In this document: piece by piece, positions 23,127 to 30,768 of the stretch
Layout: the number at the start of each line of letters is the position of its first letter
Numbering within the stretch: position 1 is the stretch's first letter
The notes under the pieces: generated by a model
Database searches by the model: none
Told to the model about the DNA's origin: nothing
Seen by the model: the letters and a program-made list of their open reading frames with translations, nothing else
Assembly (NCBI RefSeq): GCF_000196555.1
Contig: NC_015067.1
Location: 2,100,001-2,132,000, forward strand
Source: Bifidobacterium longum subsp. longum JCM 1217
Lineage (GTDB): Bacteria; Actinomycetota; Actinomycetes; Actinomycetales; Bifidobacteriaceae
Length of the DNA: 32,000 nucleotides
Direction: 5' to 3'
Made by a program: the position numbers and the translations under genes

Positions 23127-25364
23127 ATGGCACAGATATTTGACGCACCCTCGAAGGCAATTCTGCGCAGCCAAATCGCAGAGCATATTGCCGAAAACGA
23201 CAACAACGACCGCCGCGTCGATCAGGAAGGCGAGGCACCGCTGCCCAAGGACCGTTTCTTCGACCGCGAGCTCAGCTGGCTCAAGTTCAACCAGCGCGTG
23301 CTCGAATGTGCGGAGAACGAAGACATGCCCCTGCTCGAGCGCGCCAACTTCGCCGCGATCTTCGCCTCGAACCTTGACGAGTTCTTCATGGTCCGCGTCG
23401 CCGGCCTGAAGCGCCGTATCGACTCGGGCATCGCCGTGCCGTCTGCCGCCGGCCTGAGCCCGCGTCAGCAGCTGCGCGCGATCAGCGAGACCGCACACCG
23501 TCTGCAAGACGAGCACGCACATTACACGATCGACACCATTCTGCCGGAATTGGAGAAGGAGCGCATCGTCCTGCTGACGTGGGACAAGCTCACATCCTCC
23601 GAGCAGGAGCGCCTCTCGCGCTACTACCGCCAGCAGGTGTTCCCGGTCCTGACGCCGCTCGCCGTCGACCCGGCCCACCCGTTCCCCTACATCTCCGGCG
23701 GCTCCATCAACCTGGCCGTGATTGTGGAGAACCCGGCCTCCGGCAAGTCGCACTTCGCCCGCGTCAAGATCCCGGGCAACCTGCCGCGCCTGGTGCCGGT
23801 GGACGACATGACCGACGAGGAGTCCAAGGACGAGCGTTACGGCTTCATCGCCATGGAAAAGCTCATCGCCGCGCATCTGGAATCCCTGTTCCCGGGCATG
23901 ATCATCAAGGAAGCCCGCTCCTTCCGCGTGACTCGTAACGAGGACATCGACGTGGAAGAGGATGACGCCGAGAACCTGCTCAACGCCATGGAGAAGGAGC
24001 TGCTGCGCCGCCGCTTCGGACCGCCGATCCGTCTGGAGATCACGGACACCACTAGCCCGTTCCTCTCCCAGCTGCTCGCCGACCAGCTCGGCGTGAGCCA
24101 GGACGAGGTATACCGTCTGCCCAGCCCGCTGGACCTGACCGTGCTCTTTGAGCTCGGCAGCGTGGACCGCCCGGACCTGAAGAACCGTCCGTTCGTGCCG
24201 ACCACGAACCGTCAGATCGCCGAGGTCGAGTCCTCCCGTGCGCAGGACATTTTCGCCGCCATCCGCGAGCGCGACATCCTGCTGCATCACCCCTATGACT
24301 CCTTCTCCACTTCCGTGCAGGCCTTCCTTGCGCAGGCCGCCGCGGACCCGAAGGTGCTGGCCATCAAGCAGACCCTGTACCGCACCAGCTCCAACTCGCC
24401 GATCATCGACGCCCTGATCGACGCCGCTCATGCCGGCAAGCAGGTGCTGGCTTTGGTGGAAATCAAGGCTCGTTTCGACGAGGACGCCAACATCGCGTGG
24501 GCCCGCAAGCTCGAACGCGCCGGCGTGCACGTGGTGTACGGCATCGTGGGCTTGAAGACCCACTGCAAGCTCATCGAGGTCGTGCGTCAGGAAGCGGACG
24601 GTCTACGCCGCTACTGCCACGTAGGCACCGGTAACTACAACCCGAAGACCGCGCGACTGTACACCGATCTGGGTCTGCTGACCTGCGACCCGGTGGTCGG
24701 CCAGGATCTGACTCGTCTGTTCAACCAGCTCTCCGGTTACGCGCCAAAGTCCAGCTTCCACCGTCTGCTGGTGGCCCCGCGCACCGTGCGCACCGGTCTA
24801 ATCCAGCGCATCCGCCGCGAGGAGGACGCCGCCCGCGCCGGCAAGGAGGCCTGGATCAAGATCAAGGTCAACTCCATCGTGGACGAGAAGACCATCGACG
24901 CCTTGTACCGTGCCTCTCAGGCCGGCGTGAAGATCGACATCGTCGAACGCGGCATCTGCGCTCTGAAGCCCGGCGTTCCCGGCCTGTCCGAGAACATCCG
25001 CGTGCGTTCGATTCTCGGCCGCTTCCTGGAGCACTCCCGCATCTACGCCTTCTGCAACGCGGACGGCCCGCAGATCGGCGAGGGTCCGGCTTCCGGCCCG
25101 GAGGTCTACATCGGTTCGGCTGACCTCATGCACCGTAACCTTGACCGCCGTGTGGAGGCTCTGGTGCGTGTCACCGCCCCGGAGCAGGTCGACGGGCTCA
25201 TCAAGTACGTGGACCTGCAGATGGCCGACTCCACCATGAGCTGGCACATGCAGCCCGACGGCACGTATGTGCTGCACACCAAGGACGACGAGGGCCGCCC
25301 GCTGGTCGACAGTCAGGAATATCTGATTCGCAAGCACCAGCGCCGCCCCAATTCGCACAACTGA
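23127..25364 (+). CDS. ppk: Polyphosphate kinase 1
   Basis: 745-aa [33 protein letters not shown] and two PLD-like HKD-type segments (THCKLIEV..., [10 protein letters not shown]) are typical of PPK1. There is no SD. A TACGAT -10-like hexamer ends 7 nt before the ATG, so the mRNA may be leaderless. Confidence 0.95.
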   Translation: MAQIFDAPSKAILRSQIAEHIAENDNNDRRVDQEGEAPLPKDRFFDRELSWLKFNQRVLECAENEDMPLLERANFAAIFASNLDEFFMVRVAGLKRRIDSGIAVPSAAGLSPRQQLRAISETAHRLQDEHAHYTIDTILPELEKERIVLLTWDKLTSSEQERLSRYYRQQVFPVLTPLAVDPAHPFPYISGGSINLAVIVENPASGKSHFARVKIPGNLPRLVPVDDMTDEESKDERYGFIAMEKLIAAHLESLFPGMIIKEARSFRVTRNEDIDVEEDDAENLLNAMEKELLRRRFGPPIRLEITDTTSPFLSQLLADQLGVSQDEVYRLPSPLDLTVLFELGSVDRPDLKNRPFVPTTNRQIAEVESSRAQDIFAAIRERDILLHHPYDSFSTSVQAFLAQAAADPKVLAIKQTLYRTSSNSPIIDALIDAAHAGKQVLALVEIKARFDEDANIAWARKLERAGVHVVYGIVGLKTHCKLIEVVRQEADGLRRYCHVGTGNYNPKTARLYTDLGLLTCDPVVGQDLTRLFNQLSGYAPKSSFHRLLVAPRTVRTGLIQRIRREEDAARAGKEAWIKIKVNSIVDEKTIDALYRASQAGVKIDIVERGICALKPGVPGLSENIRVRSILGRFLEHSRIYAFCNADGPQIGEGPASGPEVYIGSADLMHRNLDRRVEALVRVTAPEQVDGLIKYVDLQMADSTMSWHMQPDGTYVLHTKDDEGRPLVDSQEYLIRKHQRRPNSHN

Positions 25365-25409
25365 TTTCATTCGATGCTCCCTGTCAGCACGAGCTGACTG
25401 AGGGTGGTT

Positions 25410-25450
25410 ACGATGCCCGGCTCCTCTTTCGAGAGGATGCCGGGCATCGT
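25410..25450 (+). terminator. Long hairpin after ppk (12+6 bp stem with one bulge, TTCG loop)
   Basis: ACGATGCCCGGC-TCCTCT-TTCG-AGAGGA-T-GCCGGGCATCGT. It is preceded by a REP-like hairpin at 25379-25404 that contains GACTGAGGGTGGT. The U-tract is weak (TGTT). Confidence 0.55.
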
Positions 25451-25506
25451 TGTTCAGCGCGCAAAAACTACGTAGCAGCGGTCCAACGTGACCTACAATA
25501 CAAGAG

Positions 25507-26721
25507 ATGGGTACGAACAGTATGAGACGAATCGTGGAAGCCGCCGGCGGTATTCTGTACCGGTGGAAGGATGATGCCGAGCCGACGCGGGCATCATCTC
25601 CATCAGTGAAATCCAATATTGCCACCGATGGCACCATCATCGCGAACACCACGGATTCTGACGGCGAGACCACGGCAGCACCCGGCGCATCGGACGCGGC
25701 TTCCACCCCGGACCCGGCGCAGGCCGACAGCCCAGCCACAGCGGACAACGTACTCAACCGCATCGAACTGTGCGTCGTGCATCGCCCGAAATACGACGAC
25801 TGGAGCTGGCCGAAAGGCAAGGTCGACCCGAACGAATCGCACCGGCATGCCGCCGTACGCGAGATCGGCGAGGAATCGGGCCTGCCCGTGGAACTTGGCC
25901 CCTATCTGGGCGACATCGAGTACCCGCTGTCCGAAGAAGGCAGCAAACAGCGCCATACCAAGGATCGGTCGGCGGATACCAAGCATATCCAGTTCTGGAT
26001 GGCCACGCCGATCAGCGCCATCGACAACCTGCGGCGTACCCATGCGTTTGGCCCGGTGCATCGGGCGGACATCGGCGAAATCGACGAAGTTTTGTGGCTG
26101 ACGCCGGCCGAGGCCCGCAAGAAGCTCAGCCATTCCACCGATAAGGACATCCTCGCGCTATTCGTTGATCGGGTGCAGGAGGGCGCGCTTGACGCCGTGC
26201 CGGTGATTATCGTGCGCCACGGCAAAGCGGAAGCGCGCAAGCTGTGGAAGGGTTCGGACGCGAACCGTCCGATCACGCCGCGCGGCGCGGCTGCGGCATA
26301 CGCGCTGAACCGCGAGCTGGCGTGTTTCAATCCGACCCGACTGGCCACGTCGCCTTGGGTGCGCTGCCAGGAGACGTTGGAGATGTTCGCGTGGCAGACC
26401 GGACGAGACATGGTTCATCTCGATCCGCTCACCGAAGATGCATACGCCGCTGCGCCGGACACCGCATGGGAGTGTCTACTCAGCGAAATCGAGTTCGCAC
26501 TTGAGCGCCGTCAGCCCATAGCGATATGCATGCACCGGCCGGTGATTGGTGGTATGTTCGGACACCTGCGCAGCATGTGCGTTGCGCCGTCTCTGAGCAA
26601 ACGCCTGATCGCCAAGACACCGTTCATGCCGACCGGCACGGCGGTGGCGCTGTTCGTCACTCCGACGCCTCATGGTCCCAAAATCATCGATATTCAGAAG
26701 GTTCAACCGCTTGTCTACTAG
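25507..26721 (+). CDS. NUDIX hydrolase fused to a histidine-phosphatase (PGM/SixA-like) domain, MutT1-like
   Basis: 404-aa ORF with a perfect NUDIX box [23 protein letters not shown], then the RHG motif [12 protein letters not shown] of histidine phosphatases. This is the same two-domain architecture and ppk1 adjacency as mycobacterial MutT1 (from memory). A TACAAT hexamer ends 7 nt before the ATG and there is no SD. Confidence 0.85.
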   Translation: MGTNSMRRIVEAAGGILYRWKDDAEPTRASSPSVKSNIATDGTIIANTTDSDGETTAAPGASDAASTPDPAQADSPATADNVLNRIELCVVHRPKYDDWSWPKGKVDPNESHRHAAVREIGEESGLPVELGPYLGDIEYPLSEEGSKQRHTKDRSADTKHIQFWMATPISAIDNLRRTHAFGPVHRADIGEIDEVLWLTPAEARKKLSHSTDKDILALFVDRVQEGALDAVPVIIVRHGKAEARKLWKGSDANRPITPRGAAAAYALNRELACFNPTRLATSPWVRCQETLEMFAWQTGRDMVHLDPLTEDAYAAAPDTAWECLLSEIEFALERRQPIAICMHRPVIGGMFGHLRSMCVAPSLSKRLIAKTPFMPTGTAVALFVTPTPHGPKIIDIQKVQPLVY

Positions 26722-27532
26722 ACCCGCATTCCCTGATTCATCCAACTCCTCGGCCGCTGCCGCCGCAGCTCATGCCGCGCACAATGGTGCCGCCGGCAGT
26801 CTGGGCCCAGGCTTCGGCTCGTTGCGTGCGGCCGGAGCGGCATTCGGACCTGCTCGCATGGGTTCTTCGCGTCCTTCGCGCCCGGCTCAGCTCGACCCGG
26901 CTGTGGCCGATGGATTGGCCGGCGGCATGGACCCGCAAGCGTTGAGCGAGATGAGCCATCTGTCCGCTGCCGCATTGCTGGATCGTGTGCGCCATAGCGA
27001 AGACCCGGCGGTTGTCGAGCGGGTGCTCACGTTGGTGGAGACGGTCGGCGTGGATGAAATCGCCGAACTATGGAGCGATGCTGAGCCGGATTCGCTGCCT
27101 GGTGTGCTGTGGCGACTGTATATGTTGCGTACGTGGATGCGATCGAATCGCGACTCAATCGCGCATCTGTGGCGCTTGGGTGAGCCGGTGGCCACTACCG
27201 CCTCCGCCATCGCCGGCGTGGATCAGGCTCCCAATGAAGATGACATCGTGCGATTGGCCGATTCGATTCTCTCCGGTGCTTTTGTGGGCGATTTTGCCGT
27301 GGCGCTTGAGCGTGCGGCGGCGTTTACCGATGTGGTGGCGTTGGGATTGCGCGTGGAGGCGCGGCGCATGGTGACCCGGGCCGAGGCCAACGGCGGCTTC
27401 TCCTCGGATGTCGATGAGAAGGCCGTGCGCACCAAAGCCGCCCGCCTTATGCACACCGCCGGCAGCCTCATGGCCACCGCCAAGGATTTCCAACACGGTG
27501 CCAACCTCTGGCGTCGCGGACGGTTGGAGTAA
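26672..27532 (+). CDS. Hypothetical protein (low-complexity Ala/Gly/Ser N-terminus, helical acidic C-terminal part)
   Basis: 286-aa ORF. The first ATG overlaps the upstream gene by 50 nt. Alternative in-frame ATGs are at 26858 and 26927. No domain is recognisable by eye. Confidence 0.55.
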   Translation: MVPKSSIFRRFNRLSTRPAFPDSSNSSAAAAAAHAAHNGAAGSLGPGFGSLRAAGAAFGPARMGSSRPSRPAQLDPAVADGLAGGMDPQALSEMSHLSAAALLDRVRHSEDPAVVERVLTLVETVGVDEIAELWSDAEPDSLPGVLWRLYMLRTWMRSNRDSIAHLWRLGEPVATTASAIAGVDQAPNEDDIVRLADSILSGAFVGDFAVALERAAAFTDVVALGLRVEARRMVTRAEANGGFSSDVDEKAVRTKAARLMHTAGSLMATAKDFQHGANLWRRGRLE

Positions 27533-27542
27533 CCCCGCTCCA

Positions 27543-27585
27543 GGCTCCCTCTGATGAGGGAGCCGTCACGGGCGATGCCCGTGAC
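27543..27585. repeat. Two adjacent REP-like hairpins after the hypothetical gene
   Basis: GGCTCCCTC-TGAT-GAGGGAGCC (27543-27564) and GTCACGGGC-GAT-GCCCGTGAC (27565-27585), followed by GACTGAGGGA. Confidence 0.7.
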
Positions 27586-27742
27586 TGAGGGAGAAACCCA
27601 CCGACCGCACCCCAACAATCAGCTACCGCCCAACACCACCCCTTCCCCGGCGCGGCGAGACCTATCGCAAGCTATACTAAGTATCCGCGTCGGACCGTGC
27701 TTAAGCCCCGGGCTCCATTTTTTGCCGCCGCGAGCGGCCCTT

Positions 27743-27783
27743 GCGCCGACAGGCGCTTTCGCGGTTCGGCGCTTCTTTTTTTT
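27743..27783 (+). terminator. Plus-strand intrinsic terminator abutting the stop codon of the convergent ATPase gene
   Basis: Stem GCGCCGA / TCGGCGC (27743-27749 / 27766-27772), followed by TTCTTTTTTTT. Confidence 0.6.
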
Positions 27784-27790
27784 ACCAGAT

Positions 27791-29101
27791 TCACGCCCCG
27801 AGCGTTGCGATGGGCACGACCAGTATGCCGTCATTGCGGCGATAGGCCTTCCCACCTCGGCCGGTAAGGAACATCATGAACTCTGGTTCGCGAACTTGGG
27901 CCATGGGATTGCCGCAGATTTTGTTGCGGAAGGATTTGAGCTTATCCGCATTGTCATCGTTCACCTTAAGGTCACTGAGTTTTATTTCGATGGCACCCCA
28001 CCTGCCGTCAGACAACTCGATAATGACATCAACTTCAAGCCCCTTGTCATCGCGGTAGTAGGCGATGCGATTGTTCGCGCCCGGCATGGCCGACAGATAT
28101 ACATTCAAATCACGAATGCACAGCGTTTCAAACAGATCGCCGAGCGTCTGTGTATCCCGCATCAGCGTCTTCGGCGACGCACCTAAAACCGCAGCAGGCA
28201 ACGAAGGATCCACGAAATATCGCTTGGGCTTGGTTCGCACACGACTCTTTGCGCGGAGTGGCGGTTCCCAACCCTCCAAATCCGTCAGCAGATACAAGTC
28301 CTTGAACATTTCCAAATAGCTCTTCACCGTCTGCGTATCCGGCTCGCGCCGCTCATCGCCATATGCCATATCCGCAGCCAGCGTCGCATATTTTGGTGCC
28401 TGCGAGATGTTCACGGCAAGAGCTCGCATCAAAGCTCGTGCAGTTTCAGGATTCTTCTTCATCTTCGGCACGCTGATATCCAGCACACTTGCGATATATT
28501 CGCCCGGGATTTCCAAGGCGAATTCATCGTCTAGCTCAAGATTTGCGGGCCAACCGCCACGGCAACACCATCTGGCGATGTCTTCGATACTCGTATTGCA
28601 TTCGGCAGGCTCGAATTTCCCCTCGAACAAATCGGATAGGCTGACCGCGCCCGTGGATTCTCCGGATTCAGCCAAGCTCATGGGCCACATGCGCAGACGA
28701 GCAATGCGACCAGTGCCGCTGTGATGAATGGCGTCACGATCCTTTGGAATAGCCGAACCTGTAAGAATCAGCTGCCCCTTGCGGTTCGCATTGTCATCTA
28801 TATGGCGACGAGCGGCATCCCAAATTTGCGGTACATCTTGCCATTCGTCCACCAGATGGGGCTCCTCCCCCATCAGCACCAATGCAGGATCGGTTTGGGC
28901 GGCCGCGAAAACTGCCACATCATCCAGACGGTCAACGCTTCGAGACCGGGAGAGCGCGGTCCATGTCTTGCCGCACCATTTCGGCCCAACGATTTCCACC
29001 GCACCGAACGCCTTGAGCAGTTTGCTTAATCTGCTATCTACCACGCGTGAACGATAATCAGGCCTGGTCAAGGTACCATCGCGACCACTCAAATCGTTCA
29101 T
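27791..29101 (-). CDS. AAA+ ATPase of the AAA_14/DUF4143 (COG1373) type with a C-terminal PD-(D/E)xK-like motif
   Basis: 436-aa ORF with Walker A GPKWCGKT, Walker B HLVDEWQ and the C-terminal segment LEVDVIIELSDGRWGAIEIK. It looks lower in G+C than its neighbours (not computed). SD GGAAAGG lies 7 nt upstream of the ATG. Confidence 0.85.
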   Translation of the reverse strand: MNDLSGRDGTLTRPDYRSRVVDSRLSKLLKAFGAVEIVGPKWCGKTWTALSRSRSVDRLDDVAVFAAAQTDPALVLMGEEPHLVDEWQDVPQIWDAARRHIDDNANRKGQLILTGSAIPKDRDAIHHSGTGRIARLRMWPMSLAESGESTGAVSLSDLFEGKFEPAECNTSIEDIARWCCRGGWPANLELDDEFALEIPGEYIASVLDISVPKMKKNPETARALMRALAVNISQAPKYATLAADMAYGDERREPDTQTVKSYLEMFKDLYLLTDLEGWEPPLRAKSRVRTKPKRYFVDPSLPAAVLGASPKTLMRDTQTLGDLFETLCIRDLNVYLSAMPGANNRIAYYRDDKGLEVDVIIELSDGRWGAIEIKLSDLKVNDDNADKLKSFRNKICGNPMAQVREPEFMMFLTGRGGKAYRRNDGILVVPIATLGA

Positions 29102-29141
29102 ATTGCAGCCTTTCCCAGTTCTATCGTTCTAACAATATAGA

Positions 29142-29225
29142 TTTTACACCAGTTTCATTCCCGATTTTACACCTATCTCATTCCCGGTTTTACACCAGTT
29201 TCATTCCCTGTTTTACACCGTGTTG
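29142..29225. repeat. 3.5 tandem 23-bp repeats (TTTTACACCAGTTTCATTCCCGA consensus) upstream of the ATPase gene
   Basis: Units at 29142-29164, 29165-29187 (TTTTACACCTATCTCATTCCCGG) and 29188-29210, plus a partial unit at 29211-29225. Read directly. Confidence 0.9.
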
Positions 29226-29404
29226 TTTTTTACGCTTTACCCTCTCAGAGGTATCAGAGGCAGATCTCGGCACGGACAGGGCATTGTCCTGCTGCAACTG
29301 GCCTATCGCAGCAAAAAGTCGAATCACCCACAAATCCAATCCGATAAGCAAGCCGCGCCATTACCAATTCGGCAGGTCGGCAAACTTGGACTAGGCTGGG
29401 AATC

Positions 29405-30046
29405 ATGGAACTCCATGTTTTGAATCATCCGCTGGTCGAGCACAAGCTCACCGTGCTGCGCGACAAGAACACCCCCTCCTCCACCTTCCGCGAGCTCGTC
29501 TCCGAACTCGTGATGCTTGAGGCCTACGAGGCCACCCGCAACCTGTCCGTGGTGGCCGCGCCGATCGAGACGCCGGTCGCCCCGATGACCGGCAAGAAGC
29601 TCGCCTCCCCGCGCCCGATCATCGTGCCGGTGCTGCGCGCTGGCTTGGGCATGCTCGACGGCATGACCCGCCTGATTCCGACTGCTGAAGTCGGCTTCCT
29701 GGGCATGAAGCGCGACGAGGAGCACCCCACCCAGCAGGTGACGTACGCGAACCGTCTGCCCGAGGACCTGTCCGGCCGCCAGTGCTTCCTCATCGACCCG
29801 ATGCTCGCCACCGGCGGAACGCTGGTCGCCGCCACGCACTACCTGGCCGAGCGCGGCGCCAAGGACGTGACCGCGATCAACATCATCGCGGCCCCCGAAG
29901 GCATCAAGTACGTCGAGGAGCACATCGACCCGTCCATCGACTTCAAGGTCGTGGTGTGCGCGGTCGACGAACGTCTTAACGACAAGTGCTACATCGTGCC
30001 GGGACTCGGCGACGCCGGTGACCGTCTCTATGGCGTAATTGACTGA
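29405..30046 (+). CDS. upp: Uracil phosphoribosyltransferase
   Basis: 213-aa [19 protein letters not shown], the PRPP-binding loop [12 protein letters not shown] and [12 protein letters not shown] are classic Upp motifs. Confidence 0.95.
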   Translation: MELHVLNHPLVEHKLTVLRDKNTPSSTFRELVSELVMLEAYEATRNLSVVAAPIETPVAPMTGKKLASPRPIIVPVLRAGLGMLDGMTRLIPTAEVGFLGMKRDEEHPTQQVTYANRLPEDLSGRQCFLIDPMLATGGTLVAATHYLAERGAKDVTAINIIAAPEGIKYVEEHIDPSIDFKVVVCAVDERLNDKCYIVPGLGDAGDRLYGVID

Positions 30047-30052
30047 TTTCCC

Positions 30053-30077
30053 TGGCTCCCCTCCCCGAGGGGAGCCA
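30053..30077. repeat. REP-like hairpin TGGCTCCCCTC-CCC-GAGGGGAGCCA between upp and rlmH
   Basis: Perfect 11-bp stem with the same core as the 13151-13175 hairpin. No U-tract. Confidence 0.7.
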
Positions 30078-30093
30078 ACATAACGGAACATCT

Positions 30094-30573
30094 ATGCAAA
30101 TCGACATTATTGCGCCGGGGCGCGTGAAGGAGCGTTACCTTCGCGACGCCATTGACGAGTATTCCAAGCGACTTTCGCGCTACTGCAAGCTCAACATCAT
30201 TGAAGTGGCAGATGAGAAAACGCCTGACCATGCCTCCGAAGGCGTTGACCGACAGATCAAGGCCAGAGAAGGCGAACGCATCGCCAAGCATCTGAAGGAC
30301 GGCGCGTTTGTTATTGCCCTTGCCATCAATGGCAAGCAGCTGTCCAGTGAAGAATTGGCCGCCAAAATCAACGACCTTGGATTGCGTGGCACCAGCCATA
30401 TTCAGCTGGTCATCGGCGGTTCAATCGGCCTTGACGACGCGATTCTGCGTCGTGCTGATTTTCTGCTGAGTTTCTCGAAGATGACGTTCCCGCATCAGCT
30501 TATGCGCGTGATTCTGCTGGAGCAGATCTATCGCGCTTATAAAATCAACGCTGGCGAGCCGTATCACAAGTAA
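30094..30573 (+). CDS. rlmH: 23S rRNA (pseudouridine1915-N3)-methyltransferase
   Basis: 159-aa ORF of the SPOUT family. [13 protein letters not shown]...YSKRL...LVIGGSIGL...[23 protein letters not shown] matches RlmH. Confidence 0.9.
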   Translation: MQIDIIAPGRVKERYLRDAIDEYSKRLSRYCKLNIIEVADEKTPDHASEGVDRQIKAREGERIAKHLKDGAFVIALAINGKQLSSEELAAKINDLGLRGTSHIQLVIGGSIGLDDAILRRADFLLSFSKMTFPHQLMRVILLEQIYRAYKINAGEPYHK

Positions 30574-30581
30574 AACGCCAT

Positions 30582-30752
30582 ACCTCATGGGGCGGGAAAT
30601 CCCCCATGGGGCGGTAATTGCCCCATGAGGCGGCAAAATCCTCATGGGGCGGTATGCCAAAATGGCTTAATTCCGCGGTTTCACATATTCTTCAAACCGC
30701 CCCATGGGCAAGTTACCGCCCGATGAGCCTGTAACCACCCCATGGGCGCATC
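30582..30752. repeat. Dyad-symmetric array of 19-bp-phased repeats: 4 forward and 3 reverse copies of core CATG(G/A)GGCGG around an AT-richer 44-bp centre
   Basis: Forward cores at 30586, 30605, 30624 and 30643. Reverse cores (CCGCCCCATG, CCGCCCGATG, CCACCCCATG) at 30697, 30716 and 30735. Spacing is exactly 19 bp within each arm. A CCGCGG palindrome lies near the dyad axis (30673-30678). Confidence 0.9.
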
Positions 30753-30768
30753 AATAACGCCCTCAACC

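Noticed and set aside
27661-29309. 9-bp direct repeat CCTATCGCA at 27661-27669 and 29301-29309 bracketing the ATPase patch (possible target-site duplication).
   Set aside because: A rough estimate (4^-9 times about 6x10^4 position pairs in the two flanks) gives about 0.2 expected chance matches. There are no inverted terminal repeats or recombinase gene to support a mobile element.
30676-30690. Half parS-like GTTTCAC in the centre of the 19-bp array.
   Set aside because: Only one half-site of the 16-bp parS palindrome (TGTTTCACGTGAAACA) is present, and the partner half is missing.
30582-30752. Possible CRISPR array (regularly spaced repeats).
   Set aside because: The period is only 19 bp, with 10-12-bp conserved cores and 7-9-bp gaps, so there are no spacer-sized unique segments. 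Half of the copies are inverted, and there are no cas genes in the window.
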